Below the pieces are notes generated by a model. That model saw nothing but the letters and a program-made list of their open reading frames with translations. It was not told the origin of the DNA and searched no databases. From the NCBI RefSeq assembly GCF_009914755.1, contig NC_060941.1: a stretch of 64,000 nucleotides of DNA; one strand, written 5' to 3'. The position numbers were made by a program, and so were the translations under genes. This document shows, one piece after another, positions 45,066-58,150 of the stretch. The DNA comes from the human T2T-CHM13v2.0 reference genome, Homo sapiens. Numbering within the stretch: position 1 is the stretch's first letter; each line of letters opens with the position of its first letter.

Positions 45066-45515
45066 GTGTAATTAGTTTGTAATTAATTAGCAATTAGTTA
45101 CCTATTGCTGCCGTAACGAATTGCCACAAATTTAGTGGCTTATAAACAAATTGAGCTCAGAGGTCAGAAATCTGAAATGGGTCAGCAGGGCTGGTTCCTT
45201 CTCAAGGGGAGAATTGGTCCCTTGCCTTTTCCACTGACTAGAGGCTGCCTGCATTCCTTGGCTCATGGCCCCATCCTCATATCACTCTCACCTCAGCTTC
45301 TGTCCTCACATCTCTGTGAGTCTCCTGTCTCCCACTTTCCCTGATAAGAATACTTATGATGACACTGAGCTCATCCAGACCATCCAGGATATTCTCCTCA
45401 TCTCAAAATCCTTAATTACATCTGCAAAATCCCTTTTGCCATGTAAGTAACATATTCACAGGTTCTGGGGATGAGAATGTGGACATTTTTGAGGGGCCAT
45501 TATTCTGCCCACCAG
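45066..45515 (-). mobile_element. MLT1C/D-type solo LTR
   Basis: 'tattgctgccgtaacgaattgccacaaatttagtggctta...ccttaattacatctgcaaaatccctttt...ggccattattctgcccacca'. Confidence 0.82.
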
Positions 45516-45607
45516 ACCCTGGAAACTGAGAATGAGTCAATTTGGAAAGAATGAAGACTTCTGCAGTCTCAAGTGAGCCCTCTGTCTGGCCTCATCTGCA
45601 ATCATAG

Positions 45608-45805
<198 letters not shown>

Positions 45806-46405
45806 TGAAGCAGGAGAGATTGAGGTCAGACCACAGGAGTACCATCTCCTTTTCTTGCCATGGGTGACACCTGCCCATCCAACTCCAACTTTAACTCTGA
45901 CTATCCCCAAAGCCCCCTCAACCTCCACTGAGCTAAAGTCTTGTTTCTGAGACCAAGACTGGTGCCAGGGATCCAGGGACACCCCCTCTCCCACATTGCC
46001 TTTGCCTTCCTCTCCCGGTGCGGGACAGCAGGCTCTGTCTTGGGGGTTCTGTGTACGCACAGAGCCCCGCCAGCGTGACTCAAATGGGGCACAGGGACCC
46101 TTGAGTCCTCCTTGGGTGTCTTCAGCAGGAAAAAACAAAGGATAAAATATGGTTCTGCTTCTCACTGGAAGATTTTTCAGGGAAAAGTTTGATAATTTAA
46201 CTGGGAGGTAAAATATTTTCATATTGAAATAACATGGACATGTTATGGAGAAGAATACAAAATTGGCCAGAATTTTGGAAATAAAACTGGAGAATCCATT
46301 GCTGGGCAGCCACTGAAGGAAAAGCTGGAGGAAACAGAGTGGGGTCCTCTACTGGGGGCCCGGGGTCGGAGTGGGGCCGCACTGAATTGTTGAGAGAGAA
46401 AACAG

Positions 46406-46445
46406 GTGTGTGCGTGTGTGTGTGTGCGCGTGCGCGTGTGTGTAC
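46406..46445. repeat. Alternating (TG)/(CG) purine-pyrimidine tract
   Basis: gtgtgtgcgtgtgtgtgtgtgcgcgtgcgcgtgtgtgtac. Confidence 0.9.
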
Positions 46446-49400
46446 TGAGGGCAGCCAGGAGTGAGGGGAATCTGGGGAGATGAATGGCAAATCTGTGTAG
46501 AATGAGGCCTGGGGGAGGTGGGGGTGAGGAAAATGGGCCTCTGTTCCTTCCGTCCAGCTTCCCCGCCCGCCCCGCCACCCGCAGTCCTGCCTTCACCACT
46601 TCTTCCTTCAGAGCCTTAACTGGGACCTCTTGCAGGAGAGGCAGATGTTTCTAGATGAGGCCAGATGCTGAGAAACAGGGAGGAACTGGCCCCTCTGGGC
46701 TTGGATGCAGTGGGGAATAAAAGCAGGACAGGAAATGCGTGAGAAGGGAGTGTGATCTCCAGCCAGAGCCCTTCTATGCATGGGCCCAGCAAATCCTCAC
46801 GGCAACTGGGGGAAGCAGGTGTCAGGCCCAGTTTACAGATGAATAGTTGAGGCCCGGCACCACCATCTCAGCTTCTGAGGTTGCCCATTTCTCCGCCCCA
46901 GCCCTTTTACCCCTCTTTCCACACTCTGGCTTGGGTTTTCTGCTTTCAGATGGACGAATCCATCCCATACCTCCCCCACAGAATCCCCCTTCTCCCTTTC
47001 AGTCTCACATAGACGCTTCCTCCCTTTTTCCTTGCCTTGCTCCCCTGTGCTCTCCTTTCCTCCTCCTCCAGGAAGCTCACCTGAGGCCATTTCCCAGCTC
47101 TGTTCTGCTGGTCTATCTCTTCTTCTACTTGCTCCCCTCCCGCAATCAGACCGGGAGCCCCCTGTAAGCTCAGACTGTTCCTCCCATCAGATCACCTAAC
47201 TAGTTCAAGGCTCAGGACTTCTCACTTACAGTCTTTGTTGGGGCGGGACAGGCTAGTCCCCCATGGCAGGCGCTGGGCATGAGAAGAGGTACAAAGGGAG
47301 CCGCCTGGGGGCCCCAGATGAGGAGAGAGTCTTGGCTTCGTCCCCAGCCCCATAAAGAAGGATGTTAACAGCCTCTTAGGGAGTGGGCGAGGGGCGATCA
47401 AAGGGGTGGCCGGGGGCTCACTGCTGAGGGAATGGCTCCGTCCATGCTCAGGGTCAATGCTGGCACCTCCTTTCTGCCCCACCAAATGGAGTGAAATACT
47501 GGGAGGCTGCTGATGAAAAAAGAGTGGCTTATTCCAGGTCCCTACTCCTTCCTACCACTTCCCCCAATCAGGGTCTCCTTGGACGCCCCTCCCAAAAAAG
47601 GTCCATGTCTTCCCCTCCCAGGACACCCTAGCAGCTGTTTGTTTCCTTCCATGGAGTGAGTGAGGACTGAGTGGTATCAACTGGGAGAGAAGGAGGGGAA
47701 GGGGAGGGAGGCCCCAGCTGGCCTACAACAACCTGTGCTCCCACCAGCCTGAGTGCCCAAACCAGGATCTGAGAGAGGCTGGAAGGCCTGCCTGGAAGTG
47801 GGAAGTTGGGAAGCAGAGCCAGACAGGGACTGCTATGGGAAAAAATCCAGAGAAAGCCAGCAAGGCGTGGAGGAACCCAGGGGCTGGTGGTGGAAACCTG
47901 GATAGAGGGGTCGGAGGTGGTAAACAGGTGGTGGGTGGACTGAGGCTGGCAGAACCCTTGGTGGGAGCACCTTGTATATGCCAGGACTATGGCTCTTGGG
48001 GATGGTAAACTCATTATTTTATAGGTGGGGAAACAGAGGCTCAAAGGCAAAGAAGGACTTAACTCAGAACCATATCAACACGAGTCAGTGGCAGGGCCAG
48101 GACTAGGACCCACGTCTGGACTTGGGAACAAGGAGCAAACGGCTTGTCTCCAGCACCCTGTGTCCATCTAAACTTACAACAATGAATTTCTCTTGAACAT
48201 TATATCATGTGCATTTTCACTGCACCTACATTCTCTGTGTCCTTCTCCCCGAGATTCTAATACCAGGCTTTTTCCCTTCCATTGCTCCATCCCTGAACCC
48301 CAACCCACCTGGGCCTTGCTCTGCCTATAGAACCCCCTGGACCAGCCCTGGGAAAGGATGCCACACCCACCCCATTCACTGCCTGGGAGTCTCCATCCCC
48401 CTGTCTCCTGCCTCTGGCCACACCCTTGATTTTCACAATTCACTGACTCAGGAGAGCTACAGCCATCCTCTCAGTGTATGTCTGTCCTGACCTCTTCTCC
48501 AGCTGGTCCCTTATTTTCTCAGAAGTCACTTCCTGGGAGAATGGCTTGTGTGTCCTGAACAGCCCACCTCCAATGCACAGCTCTTGTTTCTCATTCACAT
48601 ACCATGCCAACCGTTGAGGGCCCTGCCCAGGCCATGGAACCAGAAAGCAACAAATTCATAAAACATCAGAGCTGGAAGGGACCTTAGAAGCATCATCTAC
48701 CCTCTACCTCATTAAACAGATAAGGAAACGGAGGGCCACAGAAGAGAGGTGACTTGTTCATGGTCTCCCATGGAGGTTCAGAATCCAGATTTCCTGACTC
48801 CAATCTGTGTTCTCTGTGTGGCTTGTCCATGTGGTTGTCCAGGTCAGGTACCTGTGGGTCCAGGGGTCACATAGACTCTGGCCAACTCCCAGATTGCCTT
48901 CTGGCAAGACTTCTTAAAGTGGATGGCTTCAACTCGGGAGACAGGCCAAACAGGAAGGTGGAGAGTAGAGAAAGAGGAGAGAGGGCAGCTCACCCATCCA
49001 TCAAACCAGTATTGAACATGTCTAACGTGCCAGACCCCATCACAGAAGCGGAGCTGAGCAAGTCATAGCCCCTGCCCCAGGCCTCTTAGGCAGGGAGGGG
49101 GCAGACACTCTGCTAACCGCACTACTGTGTGTGGAAGTGCTAGGCTAGCAATTTGAGCAAAGTGCTTGGAGGAGCACAGAGGAGAGGGCAATTCATCCTG
49201 CCTGGGCAGGGTGGGGGAAGCTTCAGAGATGGTGGAAGGAGGAGACTGCAAGTTGCCAGGTGGAGATAGGGAAAGGGCATTCCTAGCAGAGCTGACAGCA
49301 GGAGCCAAGGCTGAGAGGAGGGAAGATCCTTGGTACATTCTGGGCAAGGCGAGCAATCCCATGTGCCCAGCAACTTACTGGATCCTGAGGGGCAAGTGGC

Positions 49401-49451
49401 CAGAGGTGGGTTTAGAAAGGTATTCTGTGCCCACCTGTGAAGGCCCTTTAG

Positions 49452-49781
<330 letters not shown>

Positions 49782-50879
49782 TGAAAGTACTGGGGAGTCA
49801 ATTTTTTTTTAAGGTAGAAAGTGAAGTATTCAATTGCACTTGAAGAAGTGCACTCTGGCAGCAGCACAGAGGAAGGAATTGAAGGGAAGGACCCTGGAGA
49901 CCCACTGGGAGAGTACTGAAATTTTCCAGGTGAGAGAGGCCCAGGGTCTGAGCCATACCACTGACACACAGCTGGGAAGGAGAGGTCCCATGAGGGTCCC
50001 ATTTCACAACAAAACTGGCCAGATTCCACACCCACATGCCTGGTCAGATGTGGAATGGGAAAAGGCAGAGGGAGGAGTATCTCCATGTTGCTGGCTTGGG
50101 CAGCCAGTGGCTAATGGTACCTTTTGCAGAGAAGAGAGGAATGGGCTGGGGAGGCAGGGATAATGAGCTCAGGTCTCAACACAGTGAGTCAGAGGTCCCT
50201 GTGGGACAGCTGGTTGGCCATGTCACACAGGCAGGTGGATGAATGAGGCTGCTTTCAGGACAGAATCAGAGTTGTGTGGCTCAGAGATCATCTACTCAAG
50301 CTCTGAAGCAAAACAGACCTGGGTTCCAATCCGGCTCCTATGTTCTTACTTGGGGTCCTTGGACAAGTCTCTTATCCTCTCCAAGCCTCAGTAATCTCAG
50401 CTATAAAATGGGGAAAGTAATAGCAATGATCAAATGAGACCAAGTCATGGTCAGCCTTGTCACATAGCAACAAGCTCTGGCTCTTTCTCCCTCCACCTTC
50501 TTTGACTCCCTCAGTGCAATTCTAGTTCCCCAAATTCATTCCTACCTAAGAGGGTCCAGACAGAGGACTTCCTCCCCTGCCACTACCTTGATGCCAACCA
50601 TTGACCAGTCATTAGAGTCCAGCTTTGGGGCCTCAGCCGGCTGCGAAGAACATCAATACAGAGACTCCCAAGGGCTCAGGCAGGAGGCTCTAGGCTCTGG
50701 CTAGGCTGACAGGGTGTGGTTGTTCACTACCTGGCCGAGCTAGGTCTCTGATATGCCCTTGCCTTCTGTGGGCTTCCACTCCCTCCTCTGCTAGAGGAGG
50801 GGACAAGTTTGGATGGCAGGAGTTGGCCTGGGTGATCCCTGGAGCCCGGTCCAGTGCTCCTATTTCTTAGGACCTGGCA

Positions 50880-51560
50880 ACGCAGGTCTAGCCTCTGCTC
50901 GGGAAGATGAAGGAAAGGGGCAGGCGCCCTGCTCCCTGGCTGCGCTAAGGGGTCACTGGCGGGGTCTTTTCTCACGGTGAACCTGTCTGGAGGGTGGACG
51001 GGGCAGGTGGGAGGGCCCGTGTCAGGGAGCGTCCAATGCCCTCGCGCCATGCAAATGGCACGCAAATGACCCGCATGCGGCCCTGCCCACCGCAGCTTCC
51101 CGGGGCGAGGGTCTTCGCAGCGGTTCTGAATAGAAAGGGCGCTGGGGACGGGGGAGGCCGTCCAGAGAGAAGCAGCACTCCCCACCCTGCCAGGGCCAGG
51201 ACCCCACTTTTGTGGAAGGGAGGAGCGAGTCGGCCCTAATGGCTCATGATTCATCGCTGGGCTCTTGTCTGAGCTAATTGGCTGGGCCAGCGACTGATTC
51301 ATGGCAGGGAGCCGGGCTCTCGGGGACCCCCGTGTCCCTCCCCCGCGCCTCCCGCCCAGGAAAGGCTGCGTGAGGCTTTTAGACCCAGGATCCGTTCCAA
51401 GGGACCGCTGCCCGGCATCCATCACGGCTGACAGACTGGGGATCGGGGTGGGGGAGGGGACGCCGACACGGAGCTGCCATCGGATGCGACGGACCCCACC
51501 GAGCACCCCAGCCACGGAGCGGCTTCCGCGGGCAGCCTGGGGCCTGGGCGGGGTCCTAGG
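50880..51560. promoter_or_regulatory. CpG island-like element, candidate enhancer or promoter
   Basis: Highest non-repeat CpG density in the window. CCAAT at 51033, octamer ATGCAAAT at 51049-51056, TAATTGG at 51275, TGATTCATGG at 51295-51304. Confidence 0.65.
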
Positions 51561-52599
51561 GAGTGACACTGGGGACATCCAGGCAGGTGTGAGTGGTGAG
51601 AGGTGGCCTCCGAGAGTGTGGGGAGATGGGATGCAGCTGGAAAATGGGAAGAGCATTGGGGGCAGGAGGAGAGGCTTTGGGAACAAGAGAGGGTGGGGCT
51701 CAAAGAGAACAGAGATCTGTCCCAGGGTGCTCTGAGCTTCATCTCAAGTTGCCCAGAACAAAAAAGACCTAAGGCTTTGTTTGAGAAATTGCTGTGTGAC
51801 CTTTGGTAAGTCACTATCCAGCCTGAGCCTCCACATCTCAGGACCTTTAGTGGAAGAGGATCACCCCCAGGCATAGGCACTCTTGGGAACTTCCTTTGGC
51901 AGCCTCTTGCTCCAGGCATCCAAGAATCCCTGTACTGTCATTAATTCATTACACTTCACAATGACAAAAAATGTCCACCAGTGCCTGCCCTCCTGGGTCC
52001 AGGGATGGGCTGAGGCTCTGCTCCCTGGACAGAACAACCCCCAACACACACACACCCATTCTCCTCCAGAGTATCTCACCACATAGAGAGATTTTCAAGT
52101 TCTCCAAGGCCGCTAATGTCTCCACCCCACATCTGGGCCGAGGCAGGGCATGAAAGCACACACCCACCAGGCTGGAGGGGGAGGGCAGCTGTCCACCCTG
52201 ACTGTCAGAAATAGAGCAGACTCTGGGCAGGGGCTGGGCAGGGTAGGGCAGGGCTAGGGGTTGGAAGGGGCCTAGCTGAAGCTCAGGAAATATCTCCTGC
52301 TGGAATCCATGAATGAATACTGCCTGCAGCCTCCGCAGAGGGAGCCCTGGACTTGCAACAGCAGGGGATGAATGGAGAATGCAGCCCGCAGCGAGGCACC
52401 ACCAGCCTCTCCGTGGCTCCAGCCAAAAGCTCAGGCGTCATCTCTACTCCTCCCTTTGACCCTCAGCGACAGTCAGTTGTCAGTAAAGACTCCTGGCTCT
52501 GATTCTAAACTAAACATAGAATCAGGCTCTTCTCTCTGTGTCCACTGCCGCCAGCAGCTCTCAGCCAGACACTGCAACAGCACGGGTCTGCTCTCCCCT

Positions 52600-53125
52600 C
52601 CTGGCTTCCACGCTGGCACCTGCAATCCATTCTCTGCACGACAGCAGGAAGGATCTTTTAGATATAAATCAGACCTCGTCACTCTGCTACTCAAAACCCT
52701 CTCATGGCTTTCCATCACATTTAGGAGAAAATTCAACCTCCTTGCCTTACCTTCCAAAGCCATATGCAATCTAGCCCCTGGCTACCTCTCTGACCCCACC
52801 TCTGGCCAGTCTCACTCCACTTACACTGGCCTTCCTCTTCTGGCTCTAAATCTACCAAGCTCATTCACATTCAGGGATTTCAGGGTCATTCCCATTTCAG
52901 AACCTTTACACCTGCTGCTGTTTCTGCCCAGAATGCTTCCCCCACCCCCAAGTTCTAAACCTGGTTAGCTCCTTCTTGGCTTTCAGCCATCAGCTTAAGT
53001 ATCACCTCCTCAGAGAGGCCCTCCATGACTACACCATCTGTCGCAGCCCCCAGGCACTGTCTATCATACCAGCCTATTTTATTATCTTCACCCTTATAAT
53101 GATCTGATAAATTCTCATTTATTTG
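52600..53125 (+). mobile_element. L2 fragment
   Basis: 'aaatcagacctcgtcactctgctactcaaaaccctctcatggctt', 'gcccagaatgcttcccc', 'tcacctcctcagagaggccctcc'. Confidence 0.75.
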
Positions 53126-55416
53126 TTTAAAAATCTGCTGCCCTCCCTGCCCAGTCCTGTCTCCTGAGCCTTCTCTGTACTGGCTGCTGCTTTTGGGGGT
53201 TGTCTGGATCTCTCCTAGCACTCTGAGGGTTGAAAGAAGGACTCAAAGGGCAAGACTCGCCACCAGCTTTTCCTAATGGGGTATTTTGCCGCTTCTGCTT
53301 TTGTTTTTGGAAAGTTCGTCTTCTCCATATCCTCCCTGCAGCTGGACAGCTAGCCCTAACCGGTGGCCGGCCCACCCTGCATCCCACCCCATGGCCTCTC
53401 GCAGGCAGGAAGCTGAGGGGCAGAGCTGTGGTGGGAGGGTGGTCACCAGAAGGTGGCCCCTCTTTGCTCAGGGTCTCTGTGGCTTTGTAAGAGGACAGGT
53501 GGCTTTTGGGCTCTGAAGCTGGCAGGGAGGAGGACCCTGCAGCATCCAGGAGTCTAGCAGCTGCCCACATCTCCATGCCCAACCTCTGCCCCTGGGGAAG
53601 AGGAGTAAGAAGAGCTGTCTCAGGAGAGAGGATCCCACCCAGGAGGGGGTGGCCACGCCTTGCGGGACTGCCGGGCCAGGAAGTCCCTCTAACCTCGCCT
53701 CCATCCACTCTGCTGCAATTTGAGCTCTCGGGTGACCTGAGTGACCCTAATCCTCCCATAGGATTTATTTCCTTTCCTCCAACCCCACCACAGAGGAAAC
53801 TGGGGGTTAGAGGTCAGGATAGAAGAGGCCAAGTTCATGTCCTCAGTGCTTAGAGGCCAGGGCCAACAGGAAGAGGCTCTGCTGTATAATTGGCAATAGG
53901 GCCAGAATGGAGGAACAAATCTCCATTTTCTGGAAGGAAAACTGAGGCGTGGAGGGCTGGTTCCACCTGCCTCAGTTTTCCTAAGGCCACCTGGGGACCA
54001 GGATCCTCCTGCCACTCCTGCCTTCCCCCTTTCCTGGAGGGCTCCAACTGCCTTCAGCCGCCACTGCAGACACCGTCCCCCATAGGGGGCCCCTGAGATG
54101 TCTAACACCCCCTGTGCCTCTTCCTTTCTCTTCTCTCTCCCCTAAGAAGGGATGGGCTTCCTGAAGGAATGTGGTGACCTCTGACCCTGGTGGTGGCCAC
54201 TGCTGGCTCTGCCCAATGCCCACACCTGGGGGAGGCTGCTTGTCTCTGTAGTGGACCCAGTGGGTGCTCTGAGGCAAGTGGTGTTTCTTCTCTGAGTCTC
54301 AGTTTCTCCATTTGCACAGTAAGCCAAAGGGTCCCTCTGCAGCATTTGTTCTGTGAAGCCATCCAGCTGGGAGATGGGGGGGTCAATGTACACACAAGGG
54401 GATGGGACGTGCCCACACAGGGGAGTTGGGGTGGAGACTGCAGTGCCATTCTGAGATCTATCACCTTGGCCACTCTCTGGTCCTTTTAATTTAATTTTTT
54501 TTTACTAACCCTCTTCTTCCCCATGCCTGGCTCTGGTTAATTGCGAGAAAAAAAACTGGGGAGGGGGCTGTAGAAGAAAGGAGCAGAAGGCATGGGAGGA
54601 CCCCCAGTCACCTCCTATCCTGTTCCAGCCATCAGCCACTGACCATCTGTCCCCAACTCACTGTCAGCCGAGGAGGGTGGCATGGCCCCACTCTAAGGGC
54701 TACCATTTGTGGAGAGACACAGGCCTCATCTCTTAGGGAGCCCCACGGGGAGGCACAGGTCCTGCCCTCAGGTCTTTTTTAAAGCAGAGTCTCCCTGGCC
54801 TAAGGTCATTCTTCCCCAAACTCTACTGATATCAAGACATGAAGATTATTTCTCTGATACTGGGAGAGACTTGGCAGCCACCCCAGCTCCTGGGGGCTCA
54901 GAGAGGGTGAAACCTGGGTCTGGGACCACCCTGTGAGTGAGCCACAAAGGTTGTATGTTGGGCTGAGCCCACCCTTGGGGACGCCAGAAAAAGGGCAAGA
55001 AACCCAACAGGTTGAATTTCTGAAAAATGCACCAGGATCAAGTATATGTTCTCAGCCATCTCAAGTGTGGTTTTAAATGGAAAACACCAGCCACCAGGGC
55101 AGAAGCATATTTAGATGAAGAAAGTCCCTCCCTCCCCCACCCGCCCGGGAGCTTTCTTTTTGCAAAGGCAAACGTGATTATATTTATTTTGCAGGCCTGG
55201 GAGGCCCAATTGTTACCCCTCCCCTTCTCCCCACTGCGGGACACAGATCTGGACTTTACCACCAGTGGTTTCTTCTGCCAGGAGCTTAGGGGTGGTGGAG
55301 AGTTGCTGGGCTCAGAGAGAAGGATCAGAGTTCCAGCCTCTGCTTTGGATGACCTGGAGAAACTAAATGAACTCAGTTTTCTCCATCTGTAAAATGGAGG
55401 TGATCAGATCTCCTCC

Positions 55417-55917
55417 TGTGGTCACCAGCCTGCAATATGGTGCGCAATGAACTTTGCATCCTGGAATCCATGCTCTGTGTCCCTTCCCACACTGCACAGG
55501 GCTCATGTCTATGACCGATTGAATATTGCAGAAACGATTGTGTGAGATGTCATAAAAGACACACCTTCCTCCTTGTTCTTTCCTAGATCACTTGCTTTAC
55601 AGGAAGCCAGCTGCTATGTTGTAAGGACACTCGAGCAGTCCTATGGGGAGGCCCATGTGCTGTCAGGATCACAGCCAGCCAGGTGAGACAGCCATCTTAG
55701 AAGTGGCTCCTCCACCCCAGTCAAGCCTTCAGATGACTGCAGCCCCAGGTGACACTTGACTACAATCTCTCCAGAGATCTCTAGCCAGAACTACCCAGCT
55801 AAGTTGCTCCCAGATTCCTAACCCACAGAAACTATGTGAGGTAATCAATGGTTGTAATTGGTTTAGGTCTCTAAATTTTGGGGGCAATCTGTTATGCAGC
55901 AATAGATAACTAGTACA
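55417..55917 (+). mobile_element. MLT1E/F-type solo LTR, next to a MIR at ~55320-55405
   Basis: Starts 'tgtggt', includes 'ccagtcaagccttcagatgactgcagcccc', and ends 'ttatgcagcaatagataactagtaca'. Confidence 0.85.
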
Positions 55918-56348
55918 TCCCAACAGTCCCTAATCCTTCTGGCCTGGACCACACCAGTAGCTGCCCCCTTGTCTATGGGCCCTGGGTCCCTCTCTATCCC
56001 ATTTGTGCCACCTGCTACATGCCAGAACCAGCCTTCTTTGCCTTTTCTCATCTGCTGGTGTTTCCCAAACTTGTCGGAGCTTAACAATCACTGGGAAACC
56101 TTGTTAAAAATCCATAATCCCTCTAGAGGGTCTGAGTCACCCCAGCAAGTTTAATGATCCAGCAACTCTGGAAAATTCTAACCTATGTAGAAGCTTCTTA
56201 CATGGCTCCTAGCACATAATAGTTATTCAATAAATTTTTTTCCCCAAAACTCCGTTTCCACCCTTATCTTCTTAAGGGATGCCACATAATGAACACACAT
56301 GCCATGTGCCAGAAGGTGCTAAGCATTAGCCTATTAATTCTCACTACT

Positions 56349-57039
56349 GGTTAGGTGCAGTGGCGCACACTTGTAATTTCAGCACTTTGGGAGGCCAAGG
56401 CAGGAGGATTGCTTGAGCTCAGAAGTTCGAGACCAGCCTGGGCCACAGGGCAAAAGCCCATCTCTACAAGAAATACAAAAAAATTAGCCAGATATGGTGG
56501 CATGTGCCTGTAGTACCAGCTAATCAGAAGGCTGAGGTGAGAGGATCACTTGAGCCTGGGAGGTCAAGGCTGCAGTGATCTGTGATCATGGCACTGGGCA
56601 ACAGAGTGAGACCCTGTATTAGTCCATTCTCACATTGCTATAAAGAACTACCTGAGACTGGGTAATTTATGAATAACAGAGGATAAATTGACTCACAGTT
56701 CCACCAGCTGTACAGGAGGCATGGCTGGGGAAGCCTAAGGAAACTTACAATCATGGTGGAAGGCAAACGAGCAGCAAGCACATCTTCACATGGCAGCAGG
56801 AGAGAGAGAGAGGTGGGGAGGTGCTATACTTTTTTAAACAAGCAGATCTCGGGAGAACTCTATTACGAGACAGCACTAGGAGTATGGTGCTAAACCATTA
56901 GAAACCACCCCCATGATCCAGTCACCTCCTACCAGGCCCCAGGCCCCACCTCCAACACTGGAAATTACAATTCAACTTGAGATTTGGATGGGGACACAGA
57001 GTGAAACCATATCAGACCCTGTCTCAAAAAAAAAAAAAA
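56349..57039 (+). mobile_element. AluJ split near its 3' end by an MST LTR
   Basis: Alu runs to ...gagtgagaccc (56614) and resumes gaccctgtctcaaaaa (57015-57039). Confidence 0.88.
56615..57014 (-). mobile_element. MSTA-type (MaLR) solo LTR
   Basis: tgtattagtccattctcacattgctataaagaactacctgagactgggtaattt...aaaccatatca, with TG...CA ends and 5-bp TSD GACCC. Confidence 0.9.
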
Positions 57040-57715
57040 TTCTCACTCCTCCTCTGAGGTGGTTTGTGCTAGAAAGCTGTGGAGCCAGGACTTGAAATCA
57101 GCTCCTTTCCCTCCACAGTCTACTCTTAACCACTGCCCCACACCACCTCCCATAGGCACCACCCCTGCCCACTGGCTGATGTCTCCCTGAGGGCTGCCTT
57201 CACATCCTTCTCTCATTTTGTCCCCAGCTCGTCCCACTTTGGACCGGTTTGATCCAACTCACAATTCTGGCATCTTCCTTGTGCCAGATGAGCTCTCCCT
57301 GTCCCCTAACCAACCCCTTCACTAAATTTCATGCCAGCTATGCCCTGCCTGCCCCCCTCCTCTGCACCCCAACCAAACTCTATGGCTCCCTCTGCCAGGA
57401 AGCCTGCCTGGGCTGCCTGCTTCATTCTCATGTCTCCTTCTCTGTCCCTGGGTCTAGGCTGGGGCCCCCAGTGCATCAGTCTTGCCACCCTGCCCCACCC
57501 CACCTGCCTCAGTTTCAAGGCTCCACAAGGGTCAGAAACTCTGAAAGGGGGTTGCTCAATTCAGAGGCAGCCTGGCAGCAGCTGTGTGATTTGGGGTCAG
57601 TCACTTGAATTCTCTGAGCCTCAGTTTCCTTATTCCTACAAGGGGCATCTAAATCCTGCCTCCCATGGCTTGTGGTAAGGGCTCAATGAGACTGTGACTT
57701 TGAAAAGCACCTACA

Positions 57716-58065
<350 letters not shown>

Positions 58066-58105
58066 TTAGTATATATGAGTTCTTCTCAACACTGCCTTTC
58101 CTCCA

Positions 58106-58107
<2 letters not shown>

Positions 58108-58147
<40 letters not shown>
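58108..58147 (+). repeat. (CA)~20 microsatellite
   Basis: Direct reading. Confidence 0.95.

Positions 58148-58150
<3 letters not shown>

Noticed and set aside
50727-51686. 319-aa ORF and other overlapping ORFs in the CpG island
   Set aside because: Pro/Gly/Arg/Ser-rich, no recognisable domain, non-ATG start. It is explained by high GC content.
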